Below are positions 51,981 to 64,000 of a stretch of DNA of 64,000 nt, one piece after another. The notes under the pieces were generated by a model that searched no databases, was not told the origin of the DNA, and worked only from the letters and a program-made list of their open reading frames with translations. Both the position numbers and the translations under genes were made by a program. Every line of letters starts with the position of its first letter. Position 1 is the stretch's first letter. The stretch is from Camelus ferus (taxonomy: Eukaryota): assembly GCF_009834535.1 (NCBI RefSeq), contig NC_045696.1, forward strand, positions 28,646,001 through 28,710,000. The letters run 5' to 3'.

Positions 51981-54900
51981 TGACACCAAACTTTAAGGCC
52001 TTGAAACATACTATGTGTTCCTACACATGGAACAAATAGAGATATCAGCTAAGAGTTAGGAGCATTTCAAGTTCCTTTTTCACTTACTTTATGTTGAAGA
52101 AAACAAACAGTTTGAAATAAGCAGTATCCATAAAAAGAACTCACAAATCAGAGCATGAGGTATAAAGCAAACACTGGGACATCTCAAGAATCTGAGGAGA
52201 CACATGGGACCAGAAAGGTTGAGTCTAGCAACATTTTGCCAGCTCAGTAGAGACTTCCAAGTTCTATGATCTCTGAAGAGGAGTCGGTTGAACAGCTTGG
52301 TTGAGGTCCCAGTTTGCCTCCCATCAGTAATGCAAAGATAGCTGTGTGCTCCTTGTCATTTAATGGGGCTGAGCTGAGTATTCCTCATCTCAGCCCAGGT
52401 TAGAAAGATAAAGGTTTTCAAGAGATGTAACCAAAATTGAATTAACATAGACTTTTCTGGAAGAAAAGGTAGAGGATGAGAACTTTAGGGAGGGAAATTA
52501 ACAAACTTCACCTCAGAGGACTTTGGAGAAAGGACAGGCTCATAATTAAAGCATCATATAACAATGGGAGGTAGCATCTCCAAGTATCTAAATGAAGTCA
52601 TTAACACAGGTTTCCTCTCTCTTTCTTGGAGATGGGTATGTACGGAAAATAAGTAGAGTTACTTGACAGAGAAACACAGATTCACAGATTTATCAGGAAG
52701 GCAGCAGGGGCAAATGTATGGAGATGCTGTTTTGTGTGAACTCTCCACCTCACTGCCATTTGTTGTGTCTCTGACCTTTTGTTCAAGGAGCTAGAGAGTA
52801 TTGTACCTTCATTGTCCCAGGGACAGAGAAAAGATGCAGAGATTTAAATAATCATTTTTTTTTAAAAAAGAGGACAGTGTGAAAAATTTTATTAAGTACG
52901 ACTTGTTTAATTTTATTCTGTAATAGAATGTATAGTCCATATTATCAAATGCTGCAGGAAATCTGAGTAAGATAAAAGCTAAAAAGAAGCTGTAGAATCT
53001 CCATTCAATCAAGGGAGAAAATCTAAGCCCTGGGCACTCATCAATGAGCTGAACCTTGAACTACTTGTTAGCCAGTTTCCCTCCAGAGCCTTACTGAGAC
53101 CACTGACACTGGAAGATGACAAGTTAAGAAACATGCGGTCACTCATTTTATAAAGCTAATTCTCGTATCAAGTTTAAGATGGCCTGTTTTAATGGAAAGG
53201 GTGTGATGGTTCCATCACCTACTAACTGTGGTAAAAGGTGATAATAACACCTATTTCACAGGCTGTCAGAAAGATTAGAGTTAATGCATGCAGTATGCTG
53301 GTGCCACGTCTAATATACAGAAGAGCTCAGAAAAGACACTATGACTTCTATCACTAGAAAATTATAGCCTAGTGTTCAGTAGTTTAGTTTCCAGAGAATG
53401 CGTTCATTAAGCAATGTTTTAATGTTTTCATATACATTTTTATCAAGGATTTCCTCTAGCACATGGTAGACGTGATATTTTCCCCCATGGAGTGCATCAT
53501 CAAGGTAGAGGAAAAGAGGTAAAAACGTAATTGCTCGTGTATGAAACAGGAAGTGTCGAGAGCTAGCAGTGCTGATAAAGACATGCCCTAACATCCAGCA
53601 CGGTCTCTTGCAAACTCAGTTCGTGGCAGATTCCAGTGTATTTTCTGTCTAACACATGTGGTCTGCAGGGTGAATCAATAAGCAATCGTGACCATTGATG
53701 GCACAATGACACCACACGCATTAATAACAGAGAAGAACCACCATTGCTGCTATGAAGACAAGCAACTCCTAATAGCCAAAAGGAGAACAGGCAGGCACAT
53801 CTGAAGCAGCTACAGAATTATTAGTTAGGTCTTTCCCTTGAGTTTTATCTACACTTTTTTCTCATGCTTAGGCATCTTAAGATTATATTCACAAAATTCA
53901 GTATTTTTAAACATATCAAAGTAGGAGAGGGCAGAGCATTCAGGGGAAAAATTAAATAAATAAATGAATCGTAAATGTTCATTGCATTGTGATTAGATGG
54001 TCAGGAAGGCTAAATAAACTAAGAAAAAGTGTTTTTTACAGGGTGCATTTCAAAGCTCACTTTAAATGATATATATACACAGTGCACCTGTACAGAAATA
54101 GCCCATAGGGTCTTGATTAAGTTTAGTTACACATCTGCCTAACAACTTTAAAATGAGTTTTGAATTACATTCTCATTATTCTTAAATGGACAAAGCAAAT
54201 TTTATTTCTTCTGAAGTCTGCCATTGCTCTTTCTCCCAATTCCTTTTTTCTTCTTCTTCTTCTCTTTTTTTTTTTTCTGACAGAAAGTGCTTCAGAAAAT
54301 AAATATTGCAACAGAAGCAAACCTAAGATGTTAGGATATTTAATGTATCTATTTAGTATGTTTTTTTCTACACCAGATAAAAATCGTTCAGGTGAGTTAA
54401 GAGGTGGTCTTTAAAAATAAATATTTAATGTAACTGTTACTTTTCCCTCAAGACATGCTAGTCTTTCTAGGTTAAAAAAATCAAGGATTTTTTTTTAAGT
54501 CATTTTTATGACCTGCAGAGACTTACATACCTAACAATCAAACTAAATATCTAGCAAATGTGTGGCAGAAAAAAGTCCACTGTTGAAAATTCAATTATTT
54601 TTACTATGGAAAAAACAGATAACTTTTCTTATTCAAGGCAATAGATACAGATTTGTCAGTGGCAGATTCTAGTGTATTTTCTATCTATATATATAAACTT
54701 TTACTATCTTCAGATAGAAGTACTCCCTTAAGACTATGTTTTTCCCTCCTTCAGAAGAACTTGTTATGCAAAGAAAACTTTCAAAGGACCAAAAACCTTT
54801 GAATACAAAATTTAGTTTTTAAATAAAAACAAGTATTTCATATTTTTCAGCCTCAATGATAGTTATTCCAGAATAACAGAATTTCTTATTATCATCAACA

Positions 54901-55098
54901 CTTTTCCTTTTGACATTTGGTATTTCTTAGAAATTTTATTTTTTGTGGGTTTCTATCATCCTTTCAGCATCCTCTGTTTTCTTTGAAAGGCTTTTATGTG
55001 CTTTCTCTTATATAGGTATAGGGAGTGCTAATCTAAGAAAATAATTTAAGTGTAATTTATATTATTATAGTCTTCTAAGAAAATTGAAATGGTGAATT

Positions 55099-55156
55099 TA
55101 TATATATATACATATGTATACGTATATATATATATAATATATACATATATATATAT
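55099..55156. repeat. Imperfect (TA)n microsatellite
   Basis: Seen directly in sequence. Confidence 0.9.
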
Positions 55157-56640
55157 GATTAGCATAAAATGCTAAGATAAAATTATTCAATAAGAAGCCA
55201 CTTCTGAATTTTTCTTATCTTGCTTGTTACTAAAATACTGCTTTTGCCTTAATTAAAGCAAAATTTGAAAACTAACAGGCATTTTCCAGTATTTTGTTTG
55301 TGACAGTTGGGTGACAACTCATATTAAGACAGCTTCTTCATAATTAGTATTCAATCAGGTTATCTATGTTACTTTAGGGAGCAATTAAATAATATTTGGT
55401 TGAGGAACAGAGGTCTAACTTTCAAAGCCAATTTTAAATAAAATTATTTGGCAATTTTTTTCTCCTCAAATACTTTTTATTATCTGCAGTTTGTAGCTTT
55501 ACATGAGAATCATTTATAGTCTCAGTTTTAGAGCTTATTATATAATAAACCATTATTTTAATGAATATTAATATTATCAATGCTTACTGAACTACTATGG
55601 TAAACGTGTCAGTATGTTTGTTTACAGCTCCATAAAATCATCTCTACTAATGTAGCAGGATAATTTTATAATTTTATTTTCTTAATACACAGCATCATTG
55701 GTAGGAGAGAATGTCTAATAAAATTTCAGGAAAAGTAACAGAAATGAAAAATATGTTGCAAATGGATATTTTTGGAATGGCAATGGAAATATGTAGCTGA
55801 TGTTTAATCATGATGAATAATTTTTAGACTATCTCCAGATGCCATATTCACAACAGTAAAACTCTTCATTACGTATCTGTCATCTATTCTTCAGCTCACT
55901 GCCTAGAAGATAGACATTATAAAAAGAATAGATAGTCTAGACATTAAATTTGGTTTAGATTTTTGCTGTTGGTACAGTACAATTTGCTTAAATGAGTCTT
56001 AAGTTAGTGATAATGATTTCGCAAGGGTAATTATTCTTTATTGAAAAGTACTATACCATACTATGCATTGTTCTCTTTATGAACCAATTGTATAATTAGA
56101 AGTAAGAACTAAACGGTGTGCAGTTGTGTATTTCATCTTTTGTCAAGGCCTGTTGTAAAAGAGGAATAGCAATCACCGATGAAAACCATGTCCCTTATGT
56201 TTTTGAAGGAACTAATAGCACCCTTTGGAGTTGCTAATTGGCAAAAATCTGCAACCACAGGCTTTTGAGGTACGGTTACCATGGCAAATTTGCTTTGTAG
56301 CTGGCACTTGTGAATATTTGACTTAATTTTCTTTCCAATTTTAGGGACTGGATGAAAAACATTGTCATTCTTCCACAGACAAGTCATTTTTGAGAAGTCC
56401 GATAAATGATTTCCGTGCCAGTAGTTTTGGGCATTTGTAGAAATAAGAAGTCAGTTTATCACAAAGGCACTTCTCCTGCTGTTCTGTAGTTATTTTCAAT
56501 CTCTATTCTTCCTGGAGTATACGTGACCCATAAAAAGATGAGGGAGAAATTTTAAAAGTCATTCTCTACTATTGTAGAAGATCTAGCAATAAGGTGATTC
56601 AATTTCCCTATAGTAAAAATGCTAAATATCTAGTTCAAAA

Positions 56641-56681
56641 TCATAGTGTTTAATCGGTAGAGTCATAGTGTTTAATGGGTA
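56641..56681. repeat. Short tandem duplication, 22-bp period
   Basis: tcatagtgtttaat(c/g)ggta at 56641-56659 and 56663-56681. Confidence 0.9.
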
Positions 56682-58144
56682 TGTGATTCATGAATAAAGG
56701 TAAATATTAAAGTTTGTATACTTATTAAGATAAGATCATTTAGATTTATATTTTAGCAATAAAATACTTGTCAGGTATTTTTCTTTAAACTTGTACTTAC
56801 AGGGTATTTATATGCAACATGTAAAAAATGTTTAAATCAGATAGACTCATAACATACATTTGAATAAACAGATATAAAGTAATATATGTCAAAAAGAGGA
56901 GAATTCAAGAAAACAGCAAGAAAGAAAAAATTTAAAAGTGAACATCATGCTGTCGTACAGTAATTTTAATGCAGTCACAGTAAGTCTGTCCACTAGGTAT
57001 ACTTCTATTGTTCTATTTCCTCCTTTCCCTGCCTAGTTGCACTTTTATGCTATTTCTTGATAATAGCAAACAAAATTATAAGCTTAAATCTTATAGAAAG
57101 AGTGCCTACGTTAATCAGACTAAAGGAATAAAAAAATTTGAAAATAGATTATTAAACAGAAGCCATATTTGTATTAAGATAAGTAAATAAATGTTGCTGT
57201 GAAAGAGTTTTGGATTTTGAGATGCTTTGTATCCCTAGGTTAAAATATACATTGCCTAATATTCACCAATTCTCTAGGGGATTTGAATCAACAGTATAAA
57301 TGGAATAGTCATTATGTAATTTCTTTCTTAGCATTTCCTTTGATTCAGTTTCTTTAAAATAGATCAGAACTGAGGAAACAGGATCTTATATTAATTATTG
57401 TAATTAACTTTTAAAAAAGCAATGATAGAATGATTTCTTCTTAATATTGTTAGTTTTTCCTTATATTTCTTTATGTTCAAGGACTCAAATTATATATATA
57501 TATTTTAAAATAACGTATCTACTACTGCTCTTTTTTTTGGAAATTAAAAAATAGTTGAAGAATAGTAATTATTATATTGGACTTTCTGATCAGTAAAATA
57601 TTTTTTATAAATTTCTTGGACCTATATTATAAATAAGAGGAAAAAGTAAATTAAGAAAACTTGGTAACAGGATGGGAAAAGTATTTTCCTAATTATGCCT
57701 CAAAACAATAAAAAATAATATTATTAGCAATTTATAGCATTATTCTAAAGATCTTGAGAAACCAACTAATTGTCCCGAGTAAAAATAGTAATGATCATGA
57801 GTTTGTATACTTTATCAGAACACAGACTATTTGTTATTTATTTTTTCTCTTCCAATGTATAGTCTACTGCCTTCCTACTAGGTCTTCAGTAAATTTTTTG
57901 AAAATTACAGTTTATTAAAAAATAATAGCTTAGGCAATAGTTTTAGGGTTTATTTTTTAAGGGATGAACTCCTAAAATGCTTTCAGAGTATTTTAAAATC
58001 ATTTATCTATGAGGGCATTATTGAGAAATCAGTTCCTGTTTCAATGACTTCATAACATTTAAAAAATTAAGTGAGATTGAATCTGGGGCTATTGTTTCCT
58101 GAAAATAATAAATTGAACATTTGTTTATTCTGCAATCTTTTTGA

Positions 58145-58285
58145 AATTTAAGTTTCTCATCTATAAATTGAAAGAATAAATTGTACTTATACTATTGGAT
58201 TGTTGTGAGGATTAAATAAGTTAGTAAGTCTAAAGAGCTTCAAGTTCGAATGACACATAGTTGACATTCAGTGAATGTATTTGCC
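58145..58285 (+). mobile_element. MIR SINE fragment
   Basis: agtttctcatctataaattg...ttgttgtgaggattaaataagttag...tgacacatag. Confidence 0.7.
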
Positions 58286-61200
58286 TAAGCAGATATTTAA
58301 TATAAATAATATATAACACATGTTAATATGCACATAAAAAGTTTACTGTTCTTAATTTACTGACAGTCAAAGCATTTCAGCAAGATACCCAAAGACACAC
58401 ATCCTAAGACACAAAAAAGGTTGAGAATCCAGAATTCTATCTGTATTACCTTTATTTCATGATTGCCGTGATAAAGATTAAATGAATTACACATCAATCA
58501 ATGTAAATTGCAATGCAAGCCTTGGGGCTATAGTACATGTTACTTAGTCTTATTTTTGCTATAACATTCATTGAGTCTATACTTTTAATATAGCTCATGT
58601 TAAGAAAATTTGATAATGAAAGTCCTATTAAAAGTTAATTTCTTTTAAAATTAGAAATAAATTCTTAAAAACTCACACTTCTAAATCCATTAAACGATAT
58701 ATTTATCAAACATTTGAAACTGTTCAACGAAAACTATTTATTTTGCTAAAATATTGTCCAGCAAATGAATTAATGAATTAATGACTTTGCCAAACATTTT
58801 GAATTATGGGTTTCAAAACCTAAATCACGTAACACTAATTACTAATTCTTCATATATTTATCACCGCCAAGATTGCATTTCATAAAAGTTGTCTTAAAAT
58901 TAAAACGATCTTGACAGATGTATTTTTATTATTTTATAATTTCAAGGTTTATGGCAACAGTATATAATAGCCTCATTTGTATGGTTTCTCATGTCACAGC
59001 ATACATTGTGAATTATTATTTTGGTCTCTGCATCTTTTTAGGTTTGTCTTTTTCTAAATACAACATTAGCATTCTTCCAAAGCCCCAAACATAACATGGC
59101 CACCTAAAAACTAAAAGTCAGAGAGGATAAAAAATAGTTTGAATGTATAACTTGACTTCCCCAGACTTCAGAAAATTTTGATACAAATGGCAACACTTTG
59201 ACATTGACATCTCAATGTTCAGTCAAACCAATGACTTTTCTCAAGCCACCAAGTTGTCTCGGACACATTTATAGAGCTACTTCATTGTATGTTAGTAGTT
59301 GTGAAGTTTTCCGTTACATAAATAAAGTACTAAATTTGTAGTACTTTCTGTATGTTCACATGATTAGATTTTGTAGTGTTTATATATTTTACCCCAGGAG
59401 TAATATGTGACCATTCATAATTTCTGCTGTTCTCCGGGGGATGAGGAACCAACATTCTTCTGCTGGGTCCTGCTTCTGTTCTGCATGGCCATACCTCTCC
59501 ATCAATTCTTCTGGGTATGGAAACTTGCGGGCTGGGTTCTCAGAGAGCTTAGATAGTCAGTGGTGAACTTGGACAGACCATCACCCTGCCCTTCATAGAA
59601 ATACCAGCTAAAAGAAGCCCAAAGCAGTGTTGCTCTCAGTGAATATCTGTGCAACTTACAGCTTCTTAAACAACAGTGGCTTTGACAATAATACAGGTTT
59701 TTCTTCTAAGGAAATCTCCTCCTAAAGTTATTATTGTAGTGGATCAAAATCAGATGAATAGACAACAATACTATTTAGACGTCAGTTCCTTGCTTTAATT
59801 TCTTTCATAACATTGAGAACATGAGGTGAAATTGAGTTTTTGTGCCAATTTCCTGAAAATAAACCTCTCTCTTTAGAGTCTAGGCATGTGTTCAATACAT
59901 TTTACATAGAAGTTTTACTACCCTCTGAGGAGAAAAATGCTAAGGGTTTCATTTATGAAGTATGGTAATCATTTCTGGGTTTTTCTTCCCTTAGAATGAA
60001 TGATTTTTATAATTGACAACTTCTTGGTCCCACACCAATTAACTTCTTTAGAATATGTCCAGCAATGTCTGTTCTGAGATGCAACTTGATTTTGCTTTCA
60101 GGAGGGTCCTCCTCAGTTTCCATAAAATATACTAATGGTTTGGCCCATGACACACAGTTACCATGTCTGTCCAGGTTTGTTTAAATTCCACTTACATCCA
60201 AACGAAACTCTGACAATAAAGTATTTAATGACACATCACAACCATCTGGCCACCTGAAGATTTTGTGGTTACATGGAATAGAACATTATTTTTACATTTA
60301 TCATTTATTTGTAAAAGAAATACATAAGTTTAACATTCACTGATTTTGTCAACATGAGTGAATCTACGGCAGATGATGGGCCAAAGACCCTCACCTTTCT
60401 AGATGGCTGCACGGCAAAGCTAAGCTACTAACAGCAATGGATCAAGTTGAATTTAGTGTTCAAGAGACTGAAAGCCACAAACCCACATCAAATGCTATTG
60501 ATTTTCCTTAAGTGCTGAAGCTTTTAAGGGGATCTTACAAAGAAATGTATTGTATAGGACTGTGTGCCATCAATTTCACTGAATTTTGAAAGTTGGATAC
60601 AGTTTGGGAAAACTAAACAAACGAAGAGAACTTTGGGGTTAATAAAAGTCAAGTCAAGTTCCCACAGAATTGTTTAATGGAAAACTGGAAAGACATCATA
60701 ACCATTCAGCTTTATTGCAGGGGAATGGTAGAAACCAGAGATTCTATTAGATGCTGACATCAAGGATAACAGAAAAGGGCTAAGATAGCACATGGGTTGT
60801 CATGCTTCACTGCTCTCCAAACACAGGGGACATGGCTGGCTCACCAATCATGTTCATGTGCCCCACAACAGCATCGGACATATGCATGACAAAAGCATCA
60901 CACACAAAGCTCTGCATTTACAAATACTGTCACCATGCTAAATTATCTGTTTCAACTTGCCTGACAGTTTACTTTATACATATCACTCAGTACTTTGCAT
61001 GGACTATACATTCCCAAGACCAATAACTAAATCATCTCCATGTAAATTCAAGAGCTTAAACGTATCTGACAATGCCTTGAGTTACTTTATTTTTTATTTC
61101 AAGAATTCAGTCAAGAAAACGTTCAACATAATTGAAGTTAGGTGTGTTCCTGCCTTACATTTGACGTGTACATATGTTTACAGCACTAAGTTACAAAATG

Positions 61201-63768
61201 ATGAGTGCCTCTTACACTATAGCAGATAAGCATAGAATGAAAGCAAAACTAGTTTTTCTTGGGTGGGGAGGAAATGTAATATTTATCATTGAACCTGAAC
61301 GTTTATTTAATTTCCATGTATATTGAATGATTGGTGACCTATTATGTTCTTCTAACTTCTCATTTGTATACTGTTTATATTGAAATATCTTTTGTATCTA
61401 AAAGTTCAGAGTTTTGTACTTTTTCTATAAAATAAATTTTGTTTGACTTTTCTCCTTGACTTTATTAAGTCAACAGAACAAAACATTTTTAATTTATGAA
61501 AGAAAATAGTTTATAAATGTTTCTTAGATTTTTTTTGTTATAGTAGGAAAGCAGTTTGATTAGAAAAATTACTTTCAGTACAAAATAAGTGATATAGGGT
61601 ATAATTATACTATGTAGTGGGCTATCCGTATAGTTTCCTATAAAAGCAACATAGATACTCACATCCATGTAAAGGTCAGTTAATGATGGACATTGTATAG
61701 AAATGAAATAGAAATTTAAGAATAAATAAAACTATGAATGAAAGGGCTCATGTATATTTAAAGTAGTATTTTATCATTAATACGCACTTCTGTAATAACT
61801 GGGGAAAATTAAAATCTATTTCCAATGGAAGCTGAGTAATGCTAAGATTGAAATATTTATTAGAACTTTGTCAATTTATCTAAGATAGCACATAACACAG
61901 ACATAAAACAAATATTTCTCAGAGAAAAAAATTTGAGTATTTCTGAAACCACAAAGTATTTTCTACAATTGTATGAGAGGCAATTAAAATCGATTTGGAT
62001 ATATGTAGCACTGAAAAATATCTTCTATAGGAAAAATGTTATTAATATTTAAGTTGATTATGTTTCTAAATTACGTATATAATTAGAAAATGTTGCTGCT
62101 TTGTTTTATATTCTATGTTTCAAGGCATAAGAGTGATTAAGTACTAAATGTGATTATTTTCTTAAATTTACTTCAATTAGTGTTCATTCAGTGTCCCAAA
62201 ATAGGGAGAAGAATATATTGTTAAAGTGTTATTAGATTTGTTTTGGAAAGATGGATATTTGGCCACCAGAGACAACTACATGTTATCCAGTGTGTGAAGC
62301 CACAAGGTAATATAGTAAACCTTAAACAGCAACTTCATTAGTATTGCAATTAAGACTTTCAAGAAAGCAGAAAAATCATTTATTTAATATTAAGCCAAAA
62401 AAAAAGTATTCAGCTATCTCAAACAAAATTTGCATCTTTTCCACAAAGTACAGAAGAGATTATTCAGCAATGAAAAAGTGATGTTTCTCCATCAAAAAAT
62501 GAGTACCATAACAGAGTGATTTTAGAGAATTTGTCTGCTTAATTTTGGAAAAAGAAGTAAAGGAAAATGAGAATTCAGCTTTTTCATAAAGTAAATATCT
62601 TAGGAAACTATTTTTATATAGTTATTAAAGAAGGAAAAATCCTTGAATGATGAAGCAGTTTGAAAGACAAGTCACATTCTTGACTACACAAAAGCTAGCA
62701 CCTCCCCCTGTAAACCACAAAGTTAATTTTAGATCAAAATTGAAATACTGACAGTAGAAAGAGAACTGAACAGTCAGCTGAAAAGTAGGCCTCTTGATAG
62801 TTTCTATTATACATAAATGCATATTTCTCTGAAATATCAGAATGCTATAGGAAAAAAAAAAGGTTCGTATTCCCATTGGTTGTAAGATATATTGTTTTCT
62901 ATTAAGGGTTGAAGCTATTAACTAATGTGTTGGAAATTATTACATAATTACTGTGGTACATGTAAACCTTATTGTGGACATGAAACACTGTTTTCCTGTA
63001 CAGAGCTTAGAATAAAAACCTCAGTAAATTGAATGAGCTTCAATCTAGTTTTTCTTAATCCAATCCCTCAAGTCAATTCATGACTTAATATACAGCTGCA
63101 GGACAGACCAAGACTCCATCCTGGCTTTCCATAGATGATTCACTGTCTTGAAGCCCAAGTGTCTTCCATCCAAGGAGGTTTGGGGAGGTTCACTTAAGTG
63201 GCACTGTCTTTCATATGTGAGAGGAAAAGAACTGTTTAGTTTCCCCTTGATGTGCCTGCTGCTAGCACGGGCGTTTGGCAATCATTAGGACTAAAAGCAC
63301 ACATTTATCTCCTATGCACTTAGCTTTCTGAGGTTCTTGGTATATCTTAACAACTGATCACATCATGACTCAAGCTGCTTACCATCATCTGTGTGTGGCA
63401 AGCAGTCTGGCTCTTAATTCTCAGTTAAACTCTCACCTAGGCAAATGTAAAACTCAGACTTCCTAGACATTTACATAGGAGCCCTGAAAAAGTACGGAGG
63501 TGATGAGCAATACCTCTCACTGACGTTCCATGAAACCATCTCTTTTACTTTCCCTGTCTAACTAAGGGCACCTTGGGAGGCTGCCATTTTCAACTGTCTT
63601 TAATGGCTAGAGATTCAAAGTTCTCTTATTCTCAAATTAATTATATTTTAAATAAATTTAGCTTTGTTGTTCATAATTATTCAATTTGTTTGCAAATTAT
63701 CTTCATTTTCCTCCAAGTCAATGTTATTTATGATCTTACTGATGTTGGTGGTCCCTTAGTTAACTTTT

Positions 63769-64000
63769 CAGGCATACTCATTTGAAGATACTGCACTGTT
63801 TTTTAATTGAAGGTTTGTGGCCACCCTGCTTTGAGCAAGTCTATCCATGCTATTTTTCCAACAGCATTTGCTCAGTTCATGTCTCTGTGTCACATTTTGG
63901 TAATTCTTGCAATATGATAACTTCTGCATTATTATCATATATATGTTACAGTGATCTGTGACCTTGGATGTTACTATTGCAAAAAATTATGACTTGCTGA
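63769..64000 (+). mobile_element. Tigger1-derived non-autonomous element (Tigger1a-like), cut by the window end
   Basis: caggcatac TIR start, attgaaggtttgtggccaccctgctttgagcaagtctat...gtctctgtgtcacattttggtaattct, then a jump to the Tigger1 3' region (caaaaaattatgacttgctga). Confidence 0.9.

Noticed and set aside
56133..56387. 84-aa minus-strand ORF, considered as a viral or transposase relic
   Set aside because: No motif I can assign, with an in-frame stop shortly upstream; a BLASTP/HHpred search would be needed and I have no support for a call.
59324..59347. Hairpin aaagtacta-aatttg-tagtacttt
   Set aside because: 9-bp AT-rich stem with no supporting context.
1..64000. Prokaryote-style systems (operons, CRISPR, defence islands) or an endogenous non-retroviral virus
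   Set aside because: The sequence is mammalian non-coding DNA; I saw no repeat-spacer array, no gene-dense stretch and no viral protein motif.

Overview
AT-rich, repeat-dense mammalian DNA with no recognisable protein-coding exon, RNA gene or CRISPR array; it reads as intergenic or deep-intronic sequence. Three tRNA-derived SINEs with the head GGGTATAGCTCAGTGG...GGTTCAATCCCCAG, young artiodactyl-type L1 3' ends and a Tigger1a-type element point to a camelid (alpaca/camel) genome (inference from recalled repeat consensi, not a database search). Much of the window is old eutherian repeats: L1MC/L1MD pieces including a ~5 kb degraded L1 that keeps both ends, MaLR (MLT1) LTRs and one two-LTR MaLR provirus, ERV1 solo LTRs, hAT MITEs, MIR and L2. 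There is one 100-N assembly gap. None of the supplied ORFs looks like a real protein. I did not find convincing evidence of a new biological system. The best leads are structural: an unexplained ~90-bp inverted duplication 1.5 kb apart (43180-44885), a SINE-L1 chimera (42525-42930), two twin-primed (5'-inverted) L1 insertions, and several CpG-retaining, motif-rich patches that may be regulatory elements or non-coding exons. Repeat subfamily names are from memory and boundaries are approximate unless a TSD is quoted.
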